Shown in pieces: positions 9,186 to 17,919 of a stretch of 40,577 nt of DNA (positions are counted from its first letter, which is position 1; each line of letters opens with the position of its first letter). This DNA is from Elainellaceae cyanobacterium. Its GTDB lineage: Bacteria; Cyanobacteriota; Cyanobacteriia; CAZCXK01. Position numbers and translations under genes: made by a program. A model generated the notes under the pieces. The model searched no databases. It was given only the letters and a program-made list of their open reading frames with translations, and had not been told where the DNA came from. The stretch is taken from positions 1-40,577 of the forward strand of contig JBNPEG010000174.1 in NCBI GenBank assembly GCA_051117555.1, read 5' to 3'.

Positions 9186-9635
9186 CTACATGGGCACGAG
9201 CGATCGCTGACACGCCGGACAAATGCCGTGAATCGTCAACTGAGAATCTAAGAGGTGATATCCCTCTTTTTGAGCGGTCTTAATGCCCGTTTTTAGGATG
9301 GAGTCATTCTTAAACTCGGTTGTCTTATTGCAGCGCACACAAATCAAATGGTGATGATGATAAGGGTGAGGGCGATTTAACTCGTAGCTTTTGTAGCCTT
9401 CAGATAATTCTAATTCTCGCAGAATGCCCATCCGTGCCATGAGCTTTAGATTGCGATATACCGTGGATAGGCTGACTTTGTCGCCGCGTTTTTCCAGCAG
9501 ATCGCATACCCCTTCCGCATTGAGGTGCTCCCCCTCTGGAAGGTTCTGAAAAAATTGAAGAATCGTTTCCCGCTGGGGTGTCAGTCGCCACCCTCGCTCG
9601 TTTAACTCAGCCTTTAGTGAGGCTACGCTATACAT
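9186..9635 (-). CDS. fur: Ferric uptake regulator, FurA-like
   Basis: LKAELNERGWRLTPQRETIL, SLSTVYRNLKLMARMGILRELEL, HHHHLICVRC, CPAC; GGAGG RBS before ATG at 9635. Confidence 0.93.
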   Translation of the reverse strand: MYSVASLKAELNERGWRLTPQRETILQFFQNLPEGEHLNAEGVCDLLEKRGDKVSLSTVYRNLKLMARMGILRELELSEGYKSYELNRPHPYHHHHLICVRCNKTTEFKNDSILKTGIKTAQKEGYHLLDSQLTIHGICPACQRSLVPM

Positions 9636-9912
9636 GGCGATCGCCCTCCACAATAAACCATATCCTTATTGACAAGGATACATAAACATCCGGTCTATTT
9701 GCAAGAATGAAAGCTTATTGCGAATTAATGTCAGCGATCGCAAATACTTGCTTATATAACAACCCGTTGCAAATGACTCGACGACATTGATTTATTGGGA
9801 TTAGACACTCTCACCATCGATGAATAGTCGCAAAAATAACTGACTTAAAGACTCACTAAGATACGTGTCCACATCATTAATTTGGCTGTAGAATCGAACA
9901 GGAATCTCTTTG

Positions 9913-9929
9913 ATGCGATTCTTTTTCAA
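9913..9929. promoter_or_regulatory. Candidate Fur box upstream of the TonB-like/futB genes
   Basis: Reverse complement TTGAAAAA-G-AATCGCAT, a partial match to the strong boxes at 16726 and 17544. Confidence 0.35.
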
Positions 9930-10084
9930 GAAGAACGCTCTAATCAGTTAAATTTCAATTTTTTTGGAATATCGCTTCTGAGTTAGTCATGACACAACAT
10001 CGCTGCATCGGTTGCCTAACCAATTATTATCATCCATTCACCCGTCTTATCCATTCATCCTGGCTAATCGATTGATCTAGTTTC

Positions 10085-11182
10085 ATGGCTCCAAAATTTT
10101 TGAAGCACCTGCCCACACCTGTTCGATGGCTCATTCGCCCCATGTTGCTGCTATCACTGCTCTTACATGGGGTGTTTCTATTGGTTCCGGTGCCCGCAAA
10201 TCAGCAGTCTGACGACAGGTTAGAGTCTTCCGAGGAAACCTCTATTAAAATTACGCAGCTTCCAGACCGCACTCAAGCTCCGCCAACTCCCGATTCGTCA
10301 GAGCCGCCAACTCCCGATTCGTCAGAGCCACCTGCTCCAAAGCCTCGTGCGTCTTCCTCTGTTCCGTCGCGATCGCCATCGTCTAGTCCCATCCCGCCTG
10401 CCTCACCCAGGCCAACGACTCCCGCTGATTCCTCCGAACCTTCGACACGTCCTGATTTAGCAGCACCTGAAACACCTGAAACACCTGAAACACCTGAACC
10501 GCCAGTAGCTGACTCAACTCCGTTGCCCTTCGCCAATTTTCCGCATCTTGCGAATGCGCGAGCCGGTTGCTTTGGATTGGGCAACTGTCGTCAGGTTGAG
10601 GGAGGAAGCTTTCGGCAAGTCGGAACTAATTTAGTTGATCAGCTCAAAGACCAGGGGTATGACGTAGATCCGCGAGATGATCTAGAAGAGACAGGCATCA
10701 AGGTCTACGAAGTTACGCACGATGGAGATACTCAATATCTAACCGTGCTGTCGCCCTGGTCGGGAGAAACAGGCGGAGCATTTTATGTCTTAGCCCCCGA
10801 GCCGATTACGCCAAATGACTTAGAGAATGCAGATCCCTTAGCCACCGAATTTCAGCAGATTTTGAGTCAAGCTGCCAATGGTCGATCGGCCTCCTACACT
10901 GATTTTTCTGACTTGCACTTCTTCTTTGACGGAGGGCAACTTCGTGCAGAAGTTAGTGAACCTGCTTACATAGTCGCAGACACTCCTCCCGATCGCCTGT
11001 CGATCGCCAATCAACTAGAATCAGCGGGGTTTTCCGTCGATGCAGTCGGTCGCTATGCCGGAGCGCCGATATATAAGGTTCAGCGCGATGCCTTTGTTGC
11101 CTACCTGAGTATTTTGCCAACGCAAAACGGCACGGGCAGTATTCTAGTTGCTTGGAATCGCCCTCCTCAGCTCGCGACGTGA
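10085..11182 (+). CDS. Membrane-anchored Pro-rich protein with TonB-like N-terminus
   Basis: TM segment LLLSLLLHGVFLLVP (SxxxH), long Pro/Ser linker with PPTPDSSE x2 and PET x3 repeats, duplicated C-terminal domain. Confidence 0.8.
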   Translation: MAPKFLKHLPTPVRWLIRPMLLLSLLLHGVFLLVPVPANQQSDDRLESSEETSIKITQLPDRTQAPPTPDSSEPPTPDSSEPPAPKPRASSSVPSRSPSSSPIPPASPRPTTPADSSEPSTRPDLAAPETPETPETPEPPVADSTPLPFANFPHLANARAGCFGLGNCRQVEGGSFRQVGTNLVDQLKDQGYDVDPRDDLEETGIKVYEVTHDGDTQYLTVLSPWSGETGGAFYVLAPEPITPNDLENADPLATEFQQILSQAANGRSASYTDFSDLHFFFDGGQLRAEVSEPAYIVADTPPDRLSIANQLESAGFSVDAVGRYAGAPIYKVQRDAFVAYLSILPTQNGTGSILVAWNRPPQLAT

Positions 11183-11326
11183 GCGAGACGCTTACACGGT
11201 AGTTTTGAAACTTTCGTCGTCTTGTACCCGGCAGCTTTCCCGCTATCGAATTCCCATATTAGACCGGCAACGTCACAATATGAGATACACTATGTCCGCG
11301 AACTATTCTCATTAACCTGCCCTATC

Positions 11327-13027
11327 GTGCCAAGCGTCGTGTCAATAATTCGCTTTCCCTCACTTCGCATCCGTCACCGTGTATCGCTGCTTCGGCCTAA
11401 CATCACGCTGTGGTCTGTAGCGGTGTTGGCGATCGCCCTCTTGATTCTGATGCCAATTGGGGTTGTGCTGAGCAGTCTCTTCGTCGACTCGGGCGAGATT
11501 TGGCAGCATTTAGTTGAAACCGTGTTGCCAACGTACATTTTCAACTCACTGTGGCTAATGTTCGGTGTGGGAATCGGAGTCGTCATAGTAGGGGTTGGTA
11601 CGGCTTGGTTGGTGGCAACATGCCAATTCATCGGACGTGGCATCTTTGAATGGGCGCTGCTGCTGCCTCTCGCCGCTCCAGCCTATTTGCTAGCTTACGT
11701 CTACACTGATTTCTTGGAATATTATGGGCCCGTACAGTCAGGGCTTCGGGCGCTATTTGGTTGGCAGCGAATCACAGATTATTGGTTTCCCCCGATTCGA
11801 TCATTGCCGGGAGCGATCGCCATGCTGACATTGGTGCTTTATCCCTATGTCTACTTGCTGACGCGAGTTGCGTTTTTAGAACAGTCCAAATGTACTCTAG
11901 AAGCCAGTCGGTCGTTAGGCTGCAATCCGTGGCAGAGCTTTTGGCGAGTTGCGCTGCCCCTAGCGCGTCCGGCGATCGCGGCAGGCATGTCTCTCGCGCT
12001 CATGGAAACGCTGAGCGACTTTGGCACCGTGCAGTATTTTGGTGTCAATACGTTTACCACCGGGATCTATCGCACATGGTTTGGGATGGGTGAGCGCATT
12101 GCTGCATCCCAACTGTCGTCGGTGTTGCTGATGTTTATTGCGGTGCTGATCGTGATGGAACAGTGGTCACGCCGCCAAAGCCGTTACTATCAAACCTCCC
12201 ATCCTAATCAGCGTCCAGCGCGATTTCAACTACAGGGGAAGCGGGCGATCGCCGCTGGAATTGCCTGTGCTTTGCCGGTATGCTTAGGGTTTTTGCTGCC
12301 ATCAGTGTTGCTGTTAGAAATGGCGATCGCCAATGCGACCGAAAACTTTACGGACAATTTTTTGATTTATGCACGCAACAGCTTACTCCTCGCCGGACTC
12401 ACCGCTATCGTTGGCGTGGTGTTAGCGTTAGTGATGGCGTATGGTCGGCGGCTCCAACCTGGCATACTGATGAATGGGGCTGTGCGGACGGCGGCGATCG
12501 GCTATGCGTTTCCGGGGGCGGTGATTGCTGTCGGTATTTTAATTCCCATTGGTCGTCTGGATAATGCATTGGATGCATGGATGCAAGCCTATTTTGGCAT
12601 TTCAACGGGGCTGCTGTTCAGCGGCACCATCATCGCGCTCATTTTTGCTTATTTAGTCCGGTTTCTCGCGGTTGCGTTCAACACCACAGAGTCGAGCCTC
12701 ATTCGCATTAAGCCCAATCTAGATGACGCAGCGCGATCGCTCGGCTATTCTCCGACTCGCACGTTGCTTCGCGTGCACGCGCCGCTGATGAGCAGTGGTC
12801 TAATCACAGCAGCCATTCTAGTCTTTGTGGACGTGATGAAAGAACTACCGGCCACGTTAATTGTGCGTCCATTTAACTTTGATACGCTAGCAGTACAGGT
12901 GTATCGACTCGCATCCGATGAGCGCCTATCAGAGGCAGCCGCACCGGCTCTGGCGATCGTCGTAGTCGGAATTCTACCCGTCATCTTGATGAGTTATCGC
13001 ATTACCCGATCCCGCGCGAATCAGTAA
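11327..13027 (+). CDS. futB: Fe(III) ABC transporter permease (start uncertain; ORF open from 11222)
   Basis: LLLPLAAPAYLLAYVY, YPYVYLL, LEASRSLG, METLSDFGTV, DAARSLG, DVMKELPATL, PFNFDTLA. Confidence 0.93.
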   Translation: MPSVVSIIRFPSLRIRHRVSLLRPNITLWSVAVLAIALLILMPIGVVLSSLFVDSGEIWQHLVETVLPTYIFNSLWLMFGVGIGVVIVGVGTAWLVATCQFIGRGIFEWALLLPLAAPAYLLAYVYTDFLEYYGPVQSGLRALFGWQRITDYWFPPIRSLPGAIAMLTLVLYPYVYLLTRVAFLEQSKCTLEASRSLGCNPWQSFWRVALPLARPAIAAGMSLALMETLSDFGTVQYFGVNTFTTGIYRTWFGMGERIAASQLSSVLLMFIAVLIVMEQWSRRQSRYYQTSHPNQRPARFQLQGKRAIAAGIACALPVCLGFLLPSVLLLEMAIANATENFTDNFLIYARNSLLLAGLTAIVGVVLALVMAYGRRLQPGILMNGAVRTAAIGYAFPGAVIAVGILIPIGRLDNALDAWMQAYFGISTGLLFSGTIIALIFAYLVRFLAVAFNTTESSLIRIKPNLDDAARSLGYSPTRTLLRVHAPLMSSGLITAAILVFVDVMKELPATLIVRPFNFDTLAVQVYRLASDERLSEAAAPALAIVVVGILPVILMSYRITRSRANQ

Positions 13028-13112
13028 TGGTTGATGCAAGGGTTGATTCGACTGTCGTAAATCCGGCTTGCTGGTACATACCATTCAAATCTACTATTTT
13101 CCTGGTGCTTTC

Positions 13113-13625
13113 ATGGCTATGATTCAATTATTCAAACCCCAACTTTTAGCTCTGACCTTCGGGCTCGGTATTTCTGGATTGGCTCTCGGAAGTTGCGCTC
13201 AGCCCGACCCAAGCGAGAATTTTCTAGAAACCAAAGAATGCTCTGACTGCAACCTGCAAGGAGAAGACTTGAGCCAGAAAGATTTAAGCAAGGCACTCCT
13301 GAACGGAACAAACCTAACGGGCACCAATTTAAGTGATGCAAATTTGAGCGGAGCCTTGCTAGACAGTGCCGACTTGAGCAACGCCAACTTGAGTCGCGCA
13401 AATCTTTCGGGTGCGGCATTGACGCAAGCCAACTTAACGGGAGCCGATCTTTCCGATGCCGACCTCAGCGGAGCGTTTCTGCGAGGCGCAGACTTAACCG
13501 GTGCCACCCTAGATGGCGCCAATTTTGAAAATGCAGATTTAGGTGGCGTAACTGTTGATCCAAATACTCTGAATGCGGCGAACACTAAGGGAGCCATCAT
13601 GCCAGACGGCACCGTTCAAAACTAG
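13113..13625 (+). CDS. Pentapeptide-repeat lipoprotein
   Basis: Lipobox-like LALGSC, CxxC (CSDC), A(D/N)Lxx repeats, terminal MPDG. Confidence 0.88.
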   Translation: MAMIQLFKPQLLALTFGLGISGLALGSCAQPDPSENFLETKECSDCNLQGEDLSQKDLSKALLNGTNLTGTNLSDANLSGALLDSADLSNANLSRANLSGAALTQANLTGADLSDADLSGAFLRGADLTGATLDGANFENADLGGVTVDPNTLNAANTKGAIMPDGTVQN

Positions 13626-13636
13626 CAATTTTGTGT

Positions 13637-13666
13637 ATAGGGGCTTGGCAGCGCCAAGCCTCCTAT
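13637..13666. terminator. REP-like hairpin between convergent genes
   Basis: ATAGGGGCTTGGC-AGC-GCCAAGCCTCCTAT. Confidence 0.6.
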
Positions 13667-13682
13667 TTCACAACCGATTCAT

Positions 13683-14798
13683 CTAAGCCCAACCGGCCCG
13701 ATCCATGATTTGAATGGCTAGCGAATTATTGCGACCAAAGGCAGCAGCACTCGTCGTGGCATCGGCTTTAAAGTCACCATAGCCTTCCAATGCTGAAGCA
13801 AGGGGAACTCCCTCAACAACTGGAAATTCGTAATTTCCTAATGCAAAAATTTCCTGGGCTGCGGGGCTCACCAAATACTCAAGAAACTGCTGTGCGCTGC
13901 TGGGATTCGGCGATGTTTTCAATACACCCGCTCCGCTGATGTTGACGTGGGTGCCACGCCCGCGCTGATTTGGGAAAACCATTCCGACTCTCTGGGCGAC
14001 CTCTTGATCCTCAGGATCCTCTGACTCTAATAGACGAATAAAGTAGTAGTGGTTGGCGATCGCCAAATTTCCTGCTCCGGCAGCACAGGCTCGAATTTGA
14101 GCTGTATCATTCCCTTCAGGAGGACGCGCAAAGTTAGCAACCAGTCCTTCAACCCATTCTTCCGTGAATTCTTCACCATGCACTTCAATCAGCGAGCCCA
14201 CCAGAGACTGATTGTAGATATTAGAAGAACTGCGAACTAGGATCTGTCCTTGCCACTTGGGATCGGCCAAATCTTCATAGGTTGAGAGTTCTGCTGGGTT
14301 AATCTGATCTTTGTTGTAGAAGATCACGCGCGCCCGCTTCGTTAGCCCAAACCATTGACCGCTGGGCTCCCGCAGATTTTCTGGAACGGCTTCATTAAGG
14401 ACAGAGGAGGAAACGGGTTGCAGTAGATTTTCCTCTTGGGCACGCCACAGCCGCCCTGCATCTACTGTCATAAACACATCAGCCGGGCTGTTTGCTCCTT
14501 CACTCTTGATTCGCTCAATCAGGGCATCTGATTCTGCTTCAATCAGGTTGATTTGCAAGCCAGTGCGATCGCTAAACCCTTGATATAAAACATTATCTGT
14601 GTCGTAATGACGAGCCGAATAAAGGTTGATTTCTCCAGACTGTTTTGCACCTCTAGTCGGGCGGATGATGGTCTGAGTGGTGGCTTTGCGTCGAGTCGAT
14701 TGGGCGACGGCTTGGTTATGTCGTCCAAGCTGTCCGAGGGCAATGGCCGCCGTTGCTGCACTTGCGCCCATAAAGGCGCGTCGAGTCATCTTATTCAT
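13683..14798 (-). CDS. futA: Fe(III) ABC transporter substrate-binding protein FutA/IdiA, Tat-exported
   Basis: TRRAF twin-arginine signal; [36 protein letters not shown] iron ligands, GTHVNISG. Confidence 0.95.
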   Translation of the reverse strand: MNKMTRRAFMGASAATAAIALGQLGRHNQAVAQSTRRKATTQTIIRPTRGAKQSGEINLYSARHYDTDNVLYQGFSDRTGLQINLIEAESDALIERIKSEGANSPADVFMTVDAGRLWRAQEENLLQPVSSSVLNEAVPENLREPSGQWFGLTKRARVIFYNKDQINPAELSTYEDLADPKWQGQILVRSSSNIYNQSLVGSLIEVHGEEFTEEWVEGLVANFARPPEGNDTAQIRACAAGAGNLAIANHYYFIRLLESEDPEDQEVAQRVGMVFPNQRGRGTHVNISGAGVLKTSPNPSSAQQFLEYLVSPAAQEIFALGNYEFPVVEGVPLASALEGYGDFKADATTSAAAFGRNNSLAIQIMDRAGWA

Positions 14799-14878
14799 AG
14801 GGGGATAACGTCCTTACTGTATCGTCCTTACTTGAATACATTCAAGATTGGTATGAGCATCAATTACTAAGCCACACC

Positions 14879-14908
14879 ATTATATAAGTTGTTGATACTA
14901 ATTCCTAA
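14879..14908 (-). promoter_or_regulatory. Candidate futA promoter (-10 TATAAT) with adjacent Fur-box-like sequence
   Basis: ATTATA at 14879-14884 reads TATAAT on the minus strand; TTGATACT-A-ATTCCTAA at 14892-14908. Confidence 0.45.
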
Positions 14909-14964
14909 CAAATAATCGAATGATTTGACGCATGTTTCAAACGAAAATTGACTTTTATCAGTTC

Positions 14965-15022
14965 TATAGCCCTACGGGCTTACTACATGTTCAACGTCCT
15001 AACGCGAGAGCGTACGGATATA
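14965..15022 (-). mobile_element. MITE family A, internally deleted copy
   Basis: Reverse complement TATATCCGTACGCTCTCGCGTTAGGACGTTGAAC..AAGCCCGTAGGGCTATA matches the ends of 40398-40493. Confidence 0.8.
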
Positions 15023-15123
15023 AATGATTCGTAAGAGCGGGTGGAGGGGGCGTTGCCCCTTCGTGGGGACGAAGTTCTCAAACCCCTTCGGGTTTTCCCT
15101 AAGTTGATTTGGGATCGCTGCTA
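15023..15123 (-). mobile_element. MITE family B (TAGCGATCCCAAAT-type end), interrupted by the family A copy
   Basis: Minus strand AGCGATCCCAAATCAACTTA matches TATAGCGATCCCAAATTACTTA at 40553; GC-rich internal hairpins. Confidence 0.55.
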
Positions 15124-15326
15124 TTAAGCAGTAATATATAGAAATTTTGGACTGGTTAGCGTTGGCTTGTCTGTGCGAAGCAGGTATCGCCACTTACAAA
15201 TTTTTAAATATCAAACAATTCTCAACTTTAAAATTTTTAGATTAGGTGTATTGATAATAGATGTTAATATCACCTGTCTAAACGCCCGTTAGAAAAGTAG
15301 AGCAAACAGATGAAAAAGCGATGTCA

Positions 15327-15926
15327 TTATAGGTCTCGCAGTGATTTGCCAGTGTAAGTGCTAAGACAGGATGACATTGAGCTAGAGCGTATTACCCCAG
15401 GACACACTAGCAACGAGCGGTTTCGCTGCCAGCAAATCGTTCCTTGTCGGTGTAACTCTCCCATGAGTCGAGTGATGGTAACGCGACTACTGCTGGTGAC
15501 GTCTGCGATGTCTTGATGAGTGAGGTAAAAGTTGAGCAAACCACCTCGTTCGGTTTCTTGCCCAAATTGCTTCACCAAATACTCAAGCAGGCAAAGCAAT
15601 CGCTGTTGGACTGATTTGATTTGAGCAATTTGGAGGAGTTGTTTAGTTCGATGCAAATAGGCAACTAGCATGTCGTGATGACATTGATAATGAGGGGATA
15701 GCGGATAAGCCGTCACCGGGCTCAAACACTCAATTCGATAGGGTTCTGAGCGAGACAAGGGTTGCCCCACGACGTCGTCATCTCCCCAAAAGCCCAGGAC
15801 AAAAATATTGCCTTGATCGTCCCACGTTAGTGTTCGCACCATACCTGTTTCAATCCGCCAGAGTTGCTCATTGGTAGCCGGAATCGTCTCACGTCGCTTA
15901 AACGTTTCTATAGACAGCGATCGCAT
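15327..15926 (-). CDS. idiB: Crp/Fnr-family transcriptional regulator, IdiB-like
   Basis: WRIETGMVRTLTWD..G..LGFWG, PYRIECL, HTH LTHQDIADVTSSSRVTITRL; short Crp type next to idiA/futA. Confidence 0.75.
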   Translation of the reverse strand: MRSLSIETFKRRETIPATNEQLWRIETGMVRTLTWDDQGNIFVLGFWGDDDVVGQPLSRSEPYRIECLSPVTAYPLSPHYQCHHDMLVAYLHRTKQLLQIAQIKSVQQRLLCLLEYLVKQFGQETERGGLLNFYLTHQDIADVTSSSRVTITRLMGELHRQGTICWQRNRSLLVCPGVIRSSSMSSCLSTYTGKSLRDL

Positions 15927-15935
15927 GGTTTGTAC

Positions 15936-16673
15936 CTACCTTTGAGTGAGCGAAGACGGTAATGGTCGTAACGAAACAACCTGCCAGAAGTCTAAAATCT
16001 GCTCGGCAGTCTTACTAGCATGGGAATGATGGAAAAAGTGCCGACCATCTGGGCACTCCCACAGGCGATCGCCTACTTTGAGCCACGATTTCCATTGCTC
16101 AAACTCATGGGGATCAATGACCACATCATATTCACCTCGACCGATGAACATCGGGACAGGAACTCCCCCTGGCGGGATGCTTGTTCGACGAATCAGTGAA
16201 TGGGGTGACACGGACGTATCCAGATCTCGTTCGAGGACAGAAACGAGTCTCTGAGTCATCGATTTAGACTGACTCCCAAATAAGTTGGTGACAACCTGAG
16301 TGAGCACAAATGAACGACTACAGTTTAAAAGTTGACGGTGAATATAGTAATGCGCCTGCCAGTCAATCGCAGGATGAGCACCCACCGAGAGCAGCGTCAG
16401 CGATCGCACGCGGTTGGGATAACGCCGCGCATACAGAATCGCTAATGTGCCGCTGATTCCGTGCCCGATTAGATGCAGAGGGCGATCGCACTGTTTGAGA
16501 TAGTCGTGTAGCAAGACGAGCGCCGTTTCGAATGAGCACGGTTCATCCGGAGATTGCTGATATTCCCACTGCCCTACTGACAGAGAGGATGATAATGTGC
16601 GTAACACCGAGCAGTCAAACCGCTTAAGACTCTGGCTAACACTGATACACAACGCATCAGGATGGAGAGGCAT
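15936..16673 (-). CDS. Alpha/beta-hydrolase-fold protein with atypical elbow GHGISG
   Basis: PLHLIGHGISGTLAILYARRYPNRVRSLTLLS, YDVVID, GRHFFH; AAGGA RBS before ATG 16673; 9 bp upstream of the Crp gene. Confidence 0.85.
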   Translation of the reverse strand: MPLHPDALCISVSQSLKRFDCSVLRTLSSSLSVGQWEYQQSPDEPCSFETALVLLHDYLKQCDRPLHLIGHGISGTLAILYARRYPNRVRSLTLLSVGAHPAIDWQAHYYIHRQLLNCSRSFVLTQVVTNLFGSQSKSMTQRLVSVLERDLDTSVSPHSLIRRTSIPPGGVPVPMFIGRGEYDVVIDPHEFEQWKSWLKVGDRLWECPDGRHFFHHSHASKTAEQILDFWQVVSLRPLPSSLTQR

Positions 16674-16725
16674 TGAGCTAACGTCCTTGTGGAGTAACAA
16701 TCAAATTGCAGTTAGGGATAGCTAG

Positions 16726-16746
16726 TATTGAAAATAATATTCAATA
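16726..16746. promoter_or_regulatory. Fur box upstream of the hydrolase-idiB operon
   Basis: TATTGAAAAT-A-ATATTCAATA, near-perfect 10-1-10 AT-rich palindrome. Confidence 0.75.
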
Positions 16747-16856
16747 AGCTGCATACGCAGCATAGCGGAAGTCTAAGCCAATTGCAAATAAATCCTATTA
16801 AGAAAGCTGGAATCTCCCGATCGGTGATCAACATCCCCTCGCGAGACTCAACGGAT

Positions 16857-17378
16857 CTAGCTCGATGGGTCTACTATCTGGGGACGATTCATGGGGCGAT
16901 CGCACACCCAATCCCTGGGTAATGCATGATTCCAACCAGCTTCTATAGCTTCTGTGCAGATTACATAAATCGTGAGTTGACAATCTAACAAGGCATGTCC
17001 TGCGGCTTCTGCTTGTTTAGCGCCGATCTGAGTCGCAAAATCATCTTTAAATTCTAGAGTCCGATTGCACTGCATGCAGACCAAATGATGGTGCTGTCCC
17101 GGAACGGGCAAGTTTAATTCGTAATGTTTATGCCCTTCAGCTAACTCCAATTCTCTCAAAATGCCCATGTACGTCATGACATGGAGCGTCCGGTATACCG
17201 TGGATAAACTAATGTGCAACCCCTTTTGTTGGAGGGTGTTATGTAACTCTTCGGCACTCAGGTGATCGCCCTGCGGCAGAGTCTGAAAGATATGCAGAAT
17301 TTCCTGACGCTGGCTAGTCAGACGAAATCCCCGCTTATTTAATTCGTCTTTGAGCAACGCTAGAGGAGAAGATGCCAT
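16857..17378 (-). CDS. fur: Second Fur-family regulator with C-terminal extension
   Basis: LNKRGFRLTSQRQEIL, HLSAEEL, ISLSTVYRTL, EGHKHYEL, HHHLVCMQC; C-terminal CxxC replaced by CTEAIEAGWNHALPRDWVC. Confidence 0.9.
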   Translation of the reverse strand: MASSPLALLKDELNKRGFRLTSQRQEILHIFQTLPQGDHLSAEELHNTLQQKGLHISLSTVYRTLHVMTYMGILRELELAEGHKHYELNLPVPGQHHHLVCMQCNRTLEFKDDFATQIGAKQAEAAGHALLDCQLTIYVICTEAIEAGWNHALPRDWVCDRPMNRPQIVDPSS

Positions 17379-17419
17379 GGGCTGTTTTGACTAGATGTGA
17401 TCACCTAGCTGCAAATATC

Positions 17420-17511
17420 ATAGCCTTACGCTCTCGCGCTAGAAAATCGAACGCATATAGCCCCCCCGCGCTGCGCGAGTTCTACACACCAATCCGAACC
17501 CTACGGCTTAT
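17420..17511 (+). mobile_element. MITE family A, degenerate copy
   Basis: ATAGCCTTACGCTCTCGCGCTAG..GAAC..CCCCCGCG..TACACAC..ACGGCTTA aligns with the 33263 and 40398 copies. Confidence 0.7.
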
Positions 17512-17543
17512 GCAGTTAAATTCAGCATACATTATCGTTAACC

Positions 17544-17566
17544 TTATTGAAAATACTATTCAATAA
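17544..17566. promoter_or_regulatory. Fur box upstream of second fur
   Basis: TTATTGAAAAT-A-CTATTCAATAA; 21/22 identical to the 16726 site. Confidence 0.75.
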
Positions 17567-17590
17567 ATGATGACGTCGAATTAGCGGGGC

Positions 17591-17623
17591 GGTGTGTTAC
17601 GGCTATGCCTAACAGCACCCTAC
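17591..17623. repeat. REP-like element (GGTGYGTTACG..CTAACAGCACCCTAC family; also 20838-20868, 23631-23688)
   Basis: Three similar intergenic hairpins ending CCCTAC. Confidence 0.7.
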
Positions 17624-17627
17624 ATCC

Positions 17628-17673
17628 CTGGTGGCCGTCAATCCAAAATCGCAAATCCAAAATCGAGAATTGG
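17628..17673 (+). repeat. 46-bp dispersed repeat with AATCCAA/AATCGCA heptamers, identical to 29592-29637
   Basis: CTGGTGGCCGTCAATCCAAAATCGCAAATCCAAAATCGAGAATTGG at both places; partial copy near 28990. Confidence 0.9.
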
Positions 17674-17710
17674 TATTATTCCTTGCTGATTAGAACAGCC
17701 GATCAGCAAC

Positions 17711-17798
17711 TATAGCAGGCGTGCGCTTGGATCAAGTAATAGCGGTGCAGGGCACTTACCCCACACCGCTATTACTTGACGCAATACAGATCGCTGTA
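17711..17798. mobile_element. MITE family D with 16-bp internal stem (related copy ~40317-40401)
   Basis: TATAGC..GCTGTA ends; TCAAGTAATAGCGGTG / CACCGCTATTACTTGA perfect IR (17732-17779); shared GCTTGG..AAGTA..CGGTG..CACCG..CTTGACGCAAT. Confidence 0.6.
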
Positions 17799-17919
17799 AA
17801 CAATCGTAAGACACCCCGCCGTTCCTGACCCGCTAATGAGTCATCACTTCCAAAAGCGTGGCTGCCAACGTCTTAAGGGTTGCGATCGCGACTCACCAAG
17901 TCTACTCTAATCAGCCTTA

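Noticed and set aside
8100..17600. IsaR1-type iron-stress sRNA in the island
   Set aside because: No stretch I could recognise as that sRNA; an Infernal search would be needed.
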